Positions 21,011-30,892 of a stretch of 64,000 nt of DNA are shown piece after piece. This DNA is from a virus. Lineage: Duplodnaviria > Caudoviricetes. Position 1 is the first letter of the stretch, and the number at the start of each line of letters is the position of its first letter. The notes below the pieces were generated by a model. It was not told the DNA's origin. It worked only from the letters and a program-made list of their open reading frames with translations, and ran no database searches. A program made the translations under genes and the position numbers. The stretch lies in the IMG/VR virus record IMGVR_UViG_3300008107_000028, positions 34,195 through 98,194 of that record; one strand, written 5' to 3'.

Positions 21011-21793
21011 TTATTGTGTTAAGGACAATTTTTTATTTATTATGTCGGATTTTAAATCCAATATTTTACCAATATATCCGTTTCTTCTAAGTAATTTAAA
21101 TGTTAAATTTTCATATGAATATTCACCACCTTTTTCTAAACCACTTTGTCTAAATGATTTAATTTTTTTATAAAGATTTTTTGTTTCTTTTGAAACGTCT
21201 TTATTTGAATTGAATTTTGAGACTAAGTCGTCTATTTGTTTCTCGTATTCGTCACCTTTTTGTAGAATTTTACTATCGTCAATCTTAGGGTCCATTTTTT
21301 CGGGAACAACAACCCATTTATTATTTAAAACAGAGTACACACCCGAAGATATGTGTTCTTGATGTATGTCCTGAACATACATCTCAACTTCAAACCCTTT
21401 TATTTTTATGTCTTGTTTTGATTTCCAAACTTTTTCTTTTGAATCAAAAAAATCGTCGATTATTTTGTGAAAAACTACCGAATCTTTTGTTTCAGATTCA
21501 TCAAATTCATCTTTATCAATTAATATATGGATATCAACGTCAGAAAATTCTGACCAATTGTAATTAGCTAAAGACCCTGTAAATAATACATCGTGAACAA
21601 AGAAATCAATGTCAATAAAATCAAGATATTGTTCTACAATTTTCAGTATACCTTTTCTAATATCTTCTTTAAGTTTATAATCCTCTCCGATTCTATCGAA
21701 TATTTTATTACAGAGGGTATCTTTTCCCTTAAAAGATTTTAAAATCTTTTTGTTAAACTCTTTGTCTTCTATTAATTCTTCAAATAAACTCAT
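21011..21793 (-). CDS. Pol-beta superfamily nucleotidyltransferase
   Basis: 'FTGSLANYNWSEFSDVDIHIL' GS...DxD motif; 'EVEMYVQD' third acidic residue. Confidence 0.8.
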   Translation of the reverse strand: MSLFEELIEDKEFNKKILKSFKGKDTLCNKIFDRIGEDYKLKEDIRKGILKIVEQYLDFIDIDFFVHDVLFTGSLANYNWSEFSDVDIHILIDKDEFDESETKDSVVFHKIIDDFFDSKEKVWKSKQDIKIKGFEVEMYVQDIHQEHISSGVYSVLNNKWVVVPEKMDPKIDDSKILQKGDEYEKQIDDLVSKFNSNKDVSKETKNLYKKIKSFRQSGLEKGGEYSYENLTFKLLRRNGYIGKILDLKSDIINKKLSLTQ

Positions 21794-22032
21794 TGTATTT
21801 TTGTGTAACTATATTTTTTAATGTTCTCGTTAAAGAACTTTCCCTGAGACTCCGCCATTCTAAATTTAGTAAACATAGTCCAAGGAACTTTATTATACTC
21901 ATAAATACTTCCATTATTGAATGTCACCTGTAATGTTTCTGATTCCGTATCATATGACGCAGATTTGAGGTTGCTTGACTTAATTTCGATAAAAATTACT
22001 TTTCCTTCAATTTTTTCAGTTAATATTCCCAT
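21790..22032 (-). CDS. KTSC domain protein
   Basis: 'SSNLKSASYD....L.V.FNNGSIYEY.KVP.......AESQGKFFN..IK'; start reassigned to MGILTEK. Confidence 0.9.
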   Translation of the reverse strand: MGILTEKIEGKVIFIEIKSSNLKSASYDTESETLQVTFNNGSIYEYNKVPWTMFTKFRMAESQGKFFNENIKKYSYTKIQ

Positions 22033-22100
22033 GATCTTTTTTTTAAAAATATAATAAAAAAACACGATAAAAAAAATCCCCCAACTTATGGGGGATTTTT

Positions 22101-22469
22101 CTAATTTAAGGAAACTAACCTTTCTAATGACTTCTTTTTATCAATGGGTAATGTTAGAATTAACACACCATTTTCAACTTTTCCTTCTATGTCCTTTTCT
22201 TTAACATCTTCGGGAATGTAGTAAGACTTGATAAAATTATTAACAAAATAATGGTCATCAGTCTTTTCATTTTTTTCAAATGAAATTTTTAAAATACCAT
22301 CTTTTGTTGTAATTTTAAGGTCTTCTTTGGTTAAACCTGGTACACTTATAAAAAGTTTATAGTCATTGTCTGACTTTTTTAAATTTGTTTGAGGTGCAGA
22401 CAAAAACCTCGAGGTTTCAAAAACCTTGTCAAAGGTTTCAAAAAACGGGTCTTTAAATAATGTAATCAT
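22101..22469 (-). CDS. Small heat-shock protein (Hsp20/alpha-crystallin)
   Basis: 'VPGLTKEDLKI', 'IEGKVENGVLILTLP'. Confidence 0.93.
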   Translation of the reverse strand: MITLFKDPFFETFDKVFETSRFLSAPQTNLKKSDNDYKLFISVPGLTKEDLKITTKDGILKISFEKNEKTDDHYFVNNFIKSYYIPEDVKEKDIEGKVENGVLILTLPIDKKKSLERLVSLN

Positions 22470-22493
22470 AGTTATTAATTTTTTTATAAAAAA

Positions 22494-22565
22494 TACAAAC
22501 TATGTACCAAAAAGATTAGATTGACATTATGACATTAAATTTTAAAATAATATGACATAATGTCT
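22494..22565 (-). promoter_or_regulatory. Putative sigma54-like promoter with TGACA repeat operator/enhancer sites upstream of hsp20
   Basis: Minus strand TTGGTACATAGTTTGTA (GG-N10-GT); TGACA-N3-TGACA at 22522-22534 and TGACA-N3-TGTCT at 22553-22565. Confidence 0.5.
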
Positions 22566-22625
22566 ATCATTTGTTTTTAAGAATGATTTTTATTATATTT
22601 GTTTAATAACTATAAAATTATAAAC

Positions 22626-24644
22626 ATGGCGGTAGATTTTTTTGAAGAAGGACAAACAACCAACCCTAAAAAAATTAGAAAAGGGTCAAATACACCTATT
22701 CTTGATAATTTTTCAAGAGATTTAACTCGACTTGCAGAGGAAGGTAAAATCGATCCTGTTGTCGGGAGAGATAAAGAAGTAAAAAGAATTGCTCAAATTC
22801 TTTCACGCAAGAAAAAAAATAATGCAGTGATAGTTGGAGATGCGGGTGTTGGTAAATCTGCACTTGTAGAAAAACTTGCATTGATGATTAATAAAGGAGA
22901 TTGTCCGAGTAATTTAATTGATAAAAGGATCGTATCATTAGATTTAACCTCTTTAGTTGCCGGTACAAAATATAGAGGTCAATTTGAAGAAAGAATAAAA
23001 GCAATTTTAAATGAATTACAAGAAGTTACAAACGTTGTAGTTTTCATCGATGAACTACATACTATGGTAGGTGCAGGAAACGCAAGTGGATCAATGGATG
23101 CGGCCAATATTTTGAAACCCGCACTTGCAAGGGGCGAATTACAATGTATTGGTGCGACAACGTTTGATGAATATAAAAAACATTTAGAAAAGGATTCGGC
23201 ACTTGTTAGAAGATTTCAGAAAATTATTTTAAAAGAACCCAATCAATTAGAAACAATCAACATTTTAAATAATTTAATCGGTTCGTATCAAGATTTTCAT
23301 AAAGTAAAATACGAAGACGGTGTCATTGAAACTATTGTTAAGTTATGTGCTCGATATATTACTGATCGACAATTTCCTGATAAGGCAATCGATGTCTTAG
23401 ATGAACTCGGTTCAGAAAAAAGAGTCTCGTCTAAAGTACCTGATATTATTGAAAAATTAAAAAAAGATTCGGAGGAATTAAAAGAAAAAAAATTTCAAGT
23501 TGTTAAATCTCAAAATTACGAACAAGCGGCAAAATTACGAGATGAAGAAAGAAAAATATTACTAAGACTTGATGAAGAAAAACAAAAATGGTTAGATAAA
23601 TTAAAAGATAATAAAACACCAATAACCATTGATGATGTTTATGAAATTATTTCAAACATAACAGGTGTACCCATTTCTAAATTAGATAAAAAAGAGACTG
23701 ATAAGTTACTTAAAATGGAAGATATTCTCTCATCTAAAGTAATTGGTCAAACGGAAGCAATTTTAACAATATCTAAAGCGGTTAGAAGGAATCGTGTTGG
23801 TATTAAGGACGCAAATAAACCAATTGGATCATTCATTTTCTTAGGATCCACGGGTGTTGGTAAAACATTCTTAGCCAAATCAATTGCGGAATTACTTTTT
23901 GGTGATCCTGAAAAAATTATTCGTGTTGACATGAGTGAATTCATGGAAAAACATAATGTGTCTAAATTAATTGGTTCTCCTCCAGGATATGTTGGTTATG
24001 ATGAGGGTGGTCAATTAACAGAAAAAATTAAGAATAATCCATTCTCTGTTGTATTGTTTGATGAAATTGAAAAGGCACATAAAGACGTTTTTAATATCCT
24101 ACTTCAAATTTTAGATGAAGGACATTTAACTGATTCATTCGGAAGAAAGGTAAACTTTACTAACACAATTATTATCATGACATCAAATGTTGGTGCAAAA
24201 AAAGTTTCGGATTTTGGTGGAGGTGTTGGATTCGCAACATCGTCGTCTGAACAACAAAAATATGAGGTAAAAAAATCAATTATACAAAAGGCTTTAAAAC
24301 AACAATTCAATCCTGAATTTTTAAATCGAATTGATGATATTATTTTATTCAATTCATTAAATGAAGAATCACTTAAAAAAATTATTGAGATCGAGATTGA
24401 AAAATTATCAAAAAGACTAAAAGAAAAAAACTATACTGTAAATTTTGATAAATCTGTGATCAATAAAATATACGAACTAAACTCACAAGAAGAGTATGGT
24501 GCAAGACCCTTGAAAAGATTGATTCAAAATTTATGTGAAGATTTTTTAAGTGAGGAAATTTTAAGGGGAAACATAGTAGAAAATGATCCAATAACCTTGA
24601 AATATAAAACGGATAAATTAGTAATTCACAAAAAAAGTTTATAA
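22626..24644 (+). CDS. clpC: ClpC-type AAA+ unfoldase lacking the N-terminal Clp-repeat domain
   Basis: Two AAA modules ([16 protein letters not shown]), UVR-type M-domain '[12 protein letters not shown]', ClpP-docking 'VGF' loop. Confidence 0.88.
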   Translation: MAVDFFEEGQTTNPKKIRKGSNTPILDNFSRDLTRLAEEGKIDPVVGRDKEVKRIAQILSRKKKNNAVIVGDAGVGKSALVEKLALMINKGDCPSNLIDKRIVSLDLTSLVAGTKYRGQFEERIKAILNELQEVTNVVVFIDELHTMVGAGNASGSMDAANILKPALARGELQCIGATTFDEYKKHLEKDSALVRRFQKIILKEPNQLETINILNNLIGSYQDFHKVKYEDGVIETIVKLCARYITDRQFPDKAIDVLDELGSEKRVSSKVPDIIEKLKKDSEELKEKKFQVVKSQNYEQAAKLRDEERKILLRLDEEKQKWLDKLKDNKTPITIDDVYEIISNITGVPISKLDKKETDKLLKMEDILSSKVIGQTEAILTISKAVRRNRVGIKDANKPIGSFIFLGSTGVGKTFLAKSIAELLFGDPEKIIRVDMSEFMEKHNVSKLIGSPPGYVGYDEGGQLTEKIKNNPFSVVLFDEIEKAHKDVFNILLQILDEGHLTDSFGRKVNFTNTIIIMTSNVGAKKVSDFGGGVGFATSSSEQQKYEVKKSIIQKALKQQFNPEFLNRIDDIILFNSLNEESLKKIIEIEIEKLSKRLKEKNYTVNFDKSVINKIYELNSQEEYGARPLKRLIQNLCEDFLSEEILRGNIVENDPITLKYKTDKLVIHKKSL

Positions 24645-24683
24645 ATATTTGTTTTTTTTAAAAATTATATATATTTATATTCT

Positions 24684-24786
24684 TGTAGGTTCTCTTTGTC
24701 GATAACCTCTTCGTTTTTTTCTAAAAGTAAGTGGAGTTGAATCCACCGAAAGACCTTGAAACCCCGACAACTTGTTGGGGTTTTTT
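24684..24786 (+). ncRNA. Putative small RNA 'A'
   Basis: TATTTATA at 24672-24679, internal hairpin GTGGA/TCCAC, terminator 24759-24786, no ORF; complementary to the minus-strand RNA at 46608-46650. Confidence 0.55.
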
Positions 24787-24816
24787 ATTTTCAATAATTT
24801 TATGTATATTAGTCCT

Positions 24817-25014
24817 ATGAGAAAATATGCTTTTATTATGACAATCATTGCAACAATTGCAATGGTGTCCTGTGGTAGCGGGTCAACCACAACAGAAACA
24901 ACTGACTCTACTGCGGTTCAAGTTGATTCATTGGCGGTTAGTGCAAATGATTCAACTGTTTCACAAATCCCAACTGAAAAAGTTGAGAAATCTGAGACTG
25001 AATCGGCGAAGTAA
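24817..25014 (+). CDS. Small lipoprotein
   Basis: MRK + hydrophobic stretch + MVSC lipobox, T/S/D-rich tail; start reassigned. Confidence 0.75.
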   Translation: MRKYAFIMTIIATIAMVSCGSGSTTTETTDSTAVQVDSLAVSANDSTVSQIPTEKVEKSETESAK

Positions 25015-25070
25015 AACTAATGAACCGGATTTTTCCGGTTCATTTTTCTATTTATATTAAATTAGTGAAT

Positions 25071-25490
25071 ATGGAATACATCGGAGAATTAATTTTATTA
25101 AGAGGACTACCGGGTAGCGGCAAAAGTACTCTTGGTGAAATTATATTATATACACGTGGATCGGATAACACAAATGCGGTATTGTCTGCTGATGATTATT
25201 TTATTGACGTTAATGGTAATTATAATTTTGATTACACAAAATTAAAAGAGGCTCACAATGATTGTGTATTAAGATGTGTTGAAAGAATGAAAAATCAAAT
25301 CGTTAAAATTGTTGTGGCTAACACATTTACACAAGAATGGGAAATGGAAAAGTATTTTGAAATTGCAGAAAGATACAAATATAGAGTTCATAGTTTAATT
25401 GTTGAAAATAGACATGGTAGTGAAAATATACATAGTGTACCAAAAGATAAACTTCAACAAATGAAGGAGAGATTTCAAATCAAACTCTAA
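25071..25490 (+). CDS. Polynucleotide kinase-like P-loop protein (AAA_33)
   Basis: 'LLRGLPGSGKST', 'SADDYF', 'VANTF', 'HSVP'. Confidence 0.85.
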   Translation: MEYIGELILLRGLPGSGKSTLGEIILYTRGSDNTNAVLSADDYFIDVNGNYNFDYTKLKEAHNDCVLRCVERMKNQIVKIVVANTFTQEWEMEKYFEIAERYKYRVHSLIVENRHGSENIHSVPKDKLQQMKERFQIKL

Positions 25491-25550
25491 TGAGTAAGTT
25501 TTTCGTTTCCTACGCATATCCGAAAAAAGAAAAAAAGAAAAGATTATTTA

Positions 25551-26615
25551 GTGTTATCAATATTAGAAAAATATTATCAAAATGGTTTGGTTTTAAAACA
25601 AACTCATCCGACTCTTGATCTATCTATATGGAACTATTCCCCAAAAGTTCAGTACGAAAAATTATGGGATGATGTCACTAAAATTTGTAGAGGTTTAGTT
25701 ACAAACTCCGAAGGAAAAATAATCGCAAGACCATTTAAAAAATTTTTTAATTACGAAGAACATTCTGTGAATGAAATTCCAAATGAATCATTTGAAGTTT
25801 TCGAAAAAATGGACGGTTCATTAGGAGTTGTTTTTTATTATCACGGAGAATGGCACATGGCAACAAGAGGATCATTTATCTCCAATCAATCTCTTGTTGG
25901 TCTCAAAATGTTAAAAGAACTTTCGATTTTAAAAAATTATCCATCAACGGGTTTAAATCGTAATTGGACTTATCTATTTGAAATAATATATAAAGAAAAC
26001 AGAATCGTTTGTGATTACGATTTTGAAGGTTTGGTTTTACTTGGTGCATATGAAACAGAATCAGGTAATGAAATTGATTTTGATATATTAAAACATAAAG
26101 TAGGTCTTTTTAATGATGTTAGAATAGTTAGAAAATATAATGGTATTAATGATTTCAAAAAATTAAAAGAAACGATTGCCGATGATCGAGAAGGTTATGT
26201 TATTCGTTTTAAAAACGGATTTAGAATAAAAATAAAAGGTGAAGAATATATTCGTTTACATAGAATATTAACAAATATATCCAGTAGAGATATTTGGGAA
26301 CACCTTAAAGATGGAAAATCCTTAGATGAAATTCTTGATAAGGTTCCCGATGAATTTTATAATTGGGTTAAAGAAACTAAAAATAACTTAAATGATGAAT
26401 TCACAAAAATTGAAAATGAATATAAATGGATTTACAAGATTATTACAAGATCATCAAATTCAACAGAAAGAAAAGTTTTTGCAGAATATGCATTGAAATA
26501 TAAACATTCATCTATATTATTTTCAATGTATAATAAAAAAGATTATAAAAAAATAATTTGGAAACTATTATATCCAAGTTACACAAAACCATTTAAAAAT
26601 GATAAAGAAAATTAA
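25551..26615 (+). CDS. RNA ligase (T4 Rnl1-like)
   Basis: 'CRGLV', 'RPFKKFFN', motif I 'EKMDGSLG', 'EGYVIR', 'KIKG.EY'. Confidence 0.9.
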   Translation: MLSILEKYYQNGLVLKQTHPTLDLSIWNYSPKVQYEKLWDDVTKICRGLVTNSEGKIIARPFKKFFNYEEHSVNEIPNESFEVFEKMDGSLGVVFYYHGEWHMATRGSFISNQSLVGLKMLKELSILKNYPSTGLNRNWTYLFEIIYKENRIVCDYDFEGLVLLGAYETESGNEIDFDILKHKVGLFNDVRIVRKYNGINDFKKLKETIADDREGYVIRFKNGFRIKIKGEEYIRLHRILTNISSRDIWEHLKDGKSLDEILDKVPDEFYNWVKETKNNLNDEFTKIENEYKWIYKIITRSSNSTERKVFAEYALKYKHSSILFSMYNKKDYKKIIWKLLYPSYTKPFKNDKEN

Positions 26616-27075
26616 CGTTTACTTAGATGATGTAAGAACACCAACTGAAGGTGATTGGGAAGTTGTTAGAAATTATGATGAATTTGTTTCAATAATAAAT
26701 TTACGTGGGTTAGAAAATATCGAAACGATATCCTTAGATCATGACTTGGGTGAAGGGGCAATGATTGAATATTATACAAATGTAAAAAATAATTTTACCT
26801 TAGATTATAATAATATACAAGAAAAAACTGGATACGATTGTTGTAAATTTTTGATTGATTTAAGTATGAATAAAAATATCCTACTGCCTCAAGTCTATGT
26901 TCATTCCGCAAACCCGATCGGTAGTGCAAATATGATGGGTTATATTAATAATTATTTAATGAATTGTCGACTTCCCCAAACATGTGTTAGAGTACAAATT
27001 CCACATACAATTGATGAAAGTCACCAAATTCCACCTGAGGCCAGAAAGGCAAAATGGGATAGAAGTAAAAAATAA
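26599..27075 (+). CDS. Cyclic-phosphate processing receiver-domain protein
   Basis: 'VYLDDVR', 'ISLDHDLG', 'TGYD', 'VHSANP.G' motifs; adjacent to the RNA ligase. Confidence 0.8.
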   Translation: MIKKINVYLDDVRTPTEGDWEVVRNYDEFVSIINLRGLENIETISLDHDLGEGAMIEYYTNVKNNFTLDYNNIQEKTGYDCCKFLIDLSMNKNILLPQVYVHSANPIGSANMMGYINNYLMNCRLPQTCVRVQIPHTIDESHQIPPEARKAKWDRSKK

Positions 27076-27131
27076 TTTTTTTATTTTATAAATTTTTATA
27101 TTTTTGTTTTACACTTATTAAACTAAAAAAC

Positions 27132-27455
27132 ATGCCATCTAAACAAAACGAATTTTACAAAAGATTAGTCTTTAAAGGAAAATACAACGAGTTCAAAGAC
27201 TTTTATGATGAGAACAAAGAAATGATTTATAAATCCATAATTGAAGTTTTTCAAGGGTTTAAAAATACAAGAAAAAAAAGTTTATCGTTGTATATATCGG
27301 CTAAAATTAAAGGATTGGAATGGGATACTGAATTCAACTTTAAAAAAGATGAATGTATTATTTTAAAAAGAGATCTAATGCCATATTTTGAACAAACGGA
27401 AGATTATGAAACTTGTTCTGAAATAATTTCTTTACATAAAGACTTGACAAATTAA
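27132..27455 (+). CDS. Hypothetical protein with a C-terminal UVR-like motif
   Basis: 'FEQTEDYETCSEI'. Confidence 0.55.
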   Translation: MPSKQNEFYKRLVFKGKYNEFKDFYDENKEMIYKSIIEVFQGFKNTRKKSLSLYISAKIKGLEWDTEFNFKKDECIILKRDLMPYFEQTEDYETCSEIISLHKDLTN

Positions 27456-27474
27456 AATATTTTGTCTATAATTT
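27444..27474 (+). promoter_or_regulatory. Promoter TTGACA-N17-TATAAT driving small RNA 'C'
   Basis: TTGACA at 27444-27449, 17-nt spacer, TATAAT at 27467-27472. Confidence 0.7.
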
Positions 27475-27477
27475 AAT

Positions 27478-27542
27478 TGTATCGAGAGGTACATTTATTG
27501 TTTTTTGTCAACCCCCCGATGTTTTTACATCGGGGTTTTTTT
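27478..27542 (+). ncRNA. Putative trans-acting antisense small RNA 'C' targeting the leader of the 27541-37239 operon
   Basis: Promoter, ~30-nt unstructured segment and terminator (27510-27542); 27481-27509 is 27/29 identical to 37285-37313. Confidence 0.7.
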
Positions 27543-28887
27543 ATAGTATCATTCTACTTCCAATTAAAACATTATGTAAGATTGGTGAATTCGGCATAGT
27601 GTTTACACTTAATTTATAATTTAAACTTAAACCAAATCTTTTACTTAGTTTATAATCTATGGATGATCCCAATAAAAAACCAAGATTTCTATTAACCGAA
27701 GACTTTTTTGTTTGAGTATTGTAACTAATTGGTGATGTCATAATAAAAACCTGAGGTGACAATGTAATTTTTTTACTGTAAGAATATGGTTTTGTCCAAA
27801 ATCCAACCGCAGATGTTACAACATTATAATCGAATCCTGTGTTTGTTGTATTTCTCAAAACTAAATTTATTGCACCTAAATTATAACCATATGTTCCATA
27901 CTTAGGATTTGGTCTTACGTAAGTATAAGATAATAAGTTCATAAAATTACCATCCAAATAGGCAAATGTAGTTCCATATGAATGTATAGCCTTTAGTGTT
28001 CCTTCTTCAAATTCCATTTTTGTGTATCCTCCACTTAGTGCGAATTGTTTTAAATTACTCCATATCATGGCATTTGCTGAAAATGTTTCATCTCCAGCCA
28101 TACTCGCTCTACTCCAACCCAATCCAACAATCATGTTTAATCTTTTGTCAGGATTTTGTGCTGCGGTCAAATCGGAGGCAAACATCATTGGATTTAAATT
28201 TCCATTTTTCTTTTTCTCCTCCTTTTTTTCTTCTTTTTTTTCTTCTTTTTTTTCTTCTTTTTTTTCTTCTTTAGATTCTTCTTTTTTAGATTCCTCTTTC
28301 TTTTCCTCACTTTTACTTTCTGATTTAGATTCCTCTTTTGATTCAGATTTAGTTTCTGATTTTGACTCAGATTTAGTTTCTGTTTTGGTTTCGGTTTTAC
28401 TTTCCGAAGAAGATGATGACGAATTGCTACTTTGTGAGGAAGATGATGTGTTGTTACTTGTTGATGGTGGTGTTGAAGAAGATGTAGATACGGATGATGA
28501 TGCCGCTGATGATGCAGAACTACTTGCAGCAGAGCTTGCCGATGAACTCGCTGCGGTACTTGCTGCTGTTGATGCAGCTTGAGACGCCGCTTGAGATACT
28601 GTATTTTGAACGGTTTGTTGTACTACTTGACTTGTTGGGCAGGCCATTGAGGAATATTGTGCAAAAACTGTATTCAACCATGTTTGAACTGTACCATTCG
28701 CAACCTCAATCGGAGTAAAAGTTCTGACTTGATTATAAAAAGAAACTACCGCATTACCATTTACATACGTCGTTGTCACCGTTTTAACTTCTCCTGTACA
28801 CTTATCTACATATGTTTGTGTATAAGTTTGTCCATTTACTTTATAAACGAACAATAATATTAATATACTTATTAAACATTTTTTCAT
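27541..28887 (-). CDS. Exported protein with a low-complexity S/E/K linker and a C-terminal outer-membrane beta-barrel
   Basis: Signal peptide; S/A-rich then EEKK repeats; alternating amphipathic strands in the C-terminal ~220 aa. Confidence 0.65.
   Translation of the reverse strand: MKKCLISILILLFVYKVNGQTYTQTYVDKCTGEVKTVTTTYVNGNAVVSFYNQVRTFTPIEVANGTVQTWLNTVFAQYSSMACPTSQVVQQTVQNTVSQAASQAASTAASTAASSSASSAASSSASSAASSSVSTSSSTPPSTSNNTSSSSQSSNSSSSSSESKTETKTETKSESKSETKSESKEESKSESKSEEKKEESKKEESKEEKKEEKKEEKKEEKKEEKKKNGNLNPMMFASDLTAAQNPDKRLNMIVGLGWSRASMAGDETFSANAMIWSNLKQFALSGGYTKMEFEEGTLKAIHSYGTTFAYLDGNFMNLLSYTYVRPNPKYGTYGYNLGAINLVLRNTTNTGFDYNVVTSAVGFWTKPYSYSKKITLSPQVFIMTSPISYNTQTKKSSVNRNLGFLLGSSIDYKLSKRFGLSLNYKLSVNTMPNSPILHNVLIGSRMIL
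28204..28600 (-). repeat. Low-complexity coding repeats (EEKK, SESK, ASSS)
   Basis: Tandem 12-nt TTTTTCTTCTTT-type units. Confidence 0.8.
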
Positions 28888-28890
28888 TTA

Positions 28891-29733
28891 TTAAAAATTC
28901 AAACCAAATCCAAATTGAGTATAATTTCTAATAGGATCAGTATCTATTTTAAGTGTCAAATTTTTTACATCTCTCATAATACCAACCTTTGCGGTAACAA
29001 AGTTTGAATTATATTTTGGAAAAGTGATTTCACCAATCGCATCTTTCCCTCTCCATCTAACAATTTCATTTCCAAATCCAATCATTGCATGAAATCCAGT
29101 TCTTTTGAATCTTTTACCACCACCAAGGTAGATTGTTTTTTCTTTAATTAAATCATTAATTAATGGAAAGTCAACTTGTGTAATTCTACCATATGGAAAA
29201 AAAGTTGATCGGTCTGGTTGATATGTCGAAACAAAATCTACCATAAAATAGTTTTTTCCGCCAACGGCAAATGATGCACCAATTTGGTTATTAGTTGTTT
29301 TATGTAAACCAAAATTTATTATTGGTTTTTTACCTCTAATAGTATCTCTCTTACCATTTTCGTAAACATAAATTCTTTGTGGTTGACGATACCCCCAATC
29401 ATTCCAATACCAAGACGGTTGCCAAAAGTTCCAACCAAATCCAGGTGCTCCCCACATATCCCATCTATTCCACCCCCATCCAAATCCACCAACCCACGGG
29501 TCTCTTACAATGATATTAGAACCTGGTCTTGTTCTTACAGGTCTATCATACCCTCTTGATGGTGGTTGACTTCTCCAATCACTAACATCATTTCTTTGTG
29601 GAATTGATTGTTGTACGGATGGAGTACTTCTTTGTGGTGATGATTGTTGTTGAGGTGGGTTACTTCTCCAAGATGAAACTTGTGAAAATGTTATCACAGG
29701 AATTAACAATAATAATATTAATGACTTCTTCAT
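28891..29733 (-). CDS. Putative outer-membrane beta-barrel protein with a W/G-rich N-region
   Basis: Signal peptide; ends in YTQFGFGLNF (terminal Phe beta-signal). Confidence 0.65.
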   Translation of the reverse strand: MKKSLILLLLIPVITFSQVSSWRSNPPQQQSSPQRSTPSVQQSIPQRNDVSDWRSQPPSRGYDRPVRTRPGSNIIVRDPWVGGFGWGWNRWDMWGAPGFGWNFWQPSWYWNDWGYRQPQRIYVYENGKRDTIRGKKPIINFGLHKTTNNQIGASFAVGGKNYFMVDFVSTYQPDRSTFFPYGRITQVDFPLINDLIKEKTIYLGGGKRFKRTGFHAMIGFGNEIVRWRGKDAIGEITFPKYNSNFVTAKVGIMRDVKNLTLKIDTDPIRNYTQFGFGLNF

Positions 29734-29818
29734 AATTAAAGTGTTTTATAACATATAAATATTAAAAAGGGGGTTATAAACCCCCCCTTATTATATTTTA
29801 ATTAATATGTTGTTTTTG

Positions 29819-30547
29819 TTATTTTGGGAAAACACCCTTTTTTACTAATTTATCTAATATGTTTGCACATGCAACATCTAATGCTTTTTTTGTTGCAATT
29901 GATATTGTTGATTGATTGAACTTAATTGGATCAACAGATGCGTCTGAAACCAAAGTTAATTCTCTTGTAGTTTTCGATTCACCTAACCCTGAAGCGGCAA
30001 TTATAGCACCCGTTTCGGCATTCGTAAATCTAACTTGAAGACCCAAACGAGTCACCATATTATCTTTAATACCATTTTTTAAATTGATGGTTTCATCTTC
30101 GGATACTGAGTAATCATAAACTTCAATCTCAACAAAATAATTTGCCAATTTAATTTTTCCTCTACCTTCTATTTTATTTTCAGATATACCGGCATTTGAT
30201 GCTTTGAACTGTTGAACCATTCTGTTTTTTATTTCCGTTTTATCTTCGGTAAATTCAAAACGATTAAGGTTATCCAAATATTCTAATACAATATTTGCAA
30301 CACCCAAACCAACTCTTTTCTCTTTTAATTCAGGGTACATATCATATACCTCTTCACCAATACCACATTTCAATATTTGAATATTCTTTTTGGGACCTTC
30401 GTAGTCTAAAAATGCTGAAATATCTTTTTTCTTTTCAAATTCTGCTTTATATTCTTCTGTTTTTGTAACACCTATCGTTTGTGCATTAAGTGAGTTGCTT
30501 AAAACAAAAATTAATAACAAACTTAAAACTAAAACTAATTTTTTCAT
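29819..30547 (-). CDS. CsgG/HfaB-family (curli assembly/secretion channel-like) protein
   Basis: Signal peptide; 'GLGVANIVLEYL..LNRF', 'LANYFVEIEVYDYS', 'LGLQVRFTNAETGAIIAASGLG'. Confidence 0.7.
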   Translation of the reverse strand: MKKLVLVLSLLLIFVLSNSLNAQTIGVTKTEEYKAEFEKKKDISAFLDYEGPKKNIQILKCGIGEEVYDMYPELKEKRVGLGVANIVLEYLDNLNRFEFTEDKTEIKNRMVQQFKASNAGISENKIEGRGKIKLANYFVEIEVYDYSVSEDETINLKNGIKDNMVTRLGLQVRFTNAETGAIIAASGLGESKTTRELTLVSDASVDPIKFNQSTISIATKKALDVACANILDKLVKKGVFPK

Positions 30548-30599
30548 ATTCTTTATTTTATAAATATAATAAAAGAGGGAGTCAAACTCCCTCTTTTAA

Positions 30600-30857
30600 T
30601 TAACCTTCGACTTCTTCATCTTTTTTATTGTGTTTGTTGTTTATATACTTGTCCACCGAGGCAATACCGAAGGCACCAAGTGTAATAACCAAGAAACCAT
30701 CAAAGATAAATTCGTTAATAAGTAATTCTTTACCTAACCAACCTGTTACGAGGTCAACTACTAAAGCTAATACCATACAAACGAATGATGCAAAACCGAC
30801 TACCGATTTTTCGTTGATTGTGTTGTTGTCGTTAAATAATTCTTTAAAAAATCCCAT
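30600..30857 (-). CDS. Small 2-TM membrane protein (holin-like)
   Basis: Two hydrophobic segments and a charged C-terminus. Confidence 0.6.
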   Translation of the reverse strand: MGFFKELFNDNNTINEKSVVGFASFVCMVLALVVDLVTGWLGKELLINEFIFDGFLVITLGAFGIASVDKYINNKHNKKDEEVEG

Positions 30858-30892
30858 AATTTGTGTTTTGTGTTTTGTGTTTTGTTTATGAT

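Noticed and set aside
24675-24890. 71-aa minus-strand ORF
   Set aside because: Runs antisense through a lipoprotein gene and a terminator; the region is better explained as a + strand sRNA
28204-28600. Tandem short repeats as a CRISPR array or VNTR element
   Set aside because: They are in-frame EEKK/SESK low-complexity coding repeats with no repeat-spacer structure
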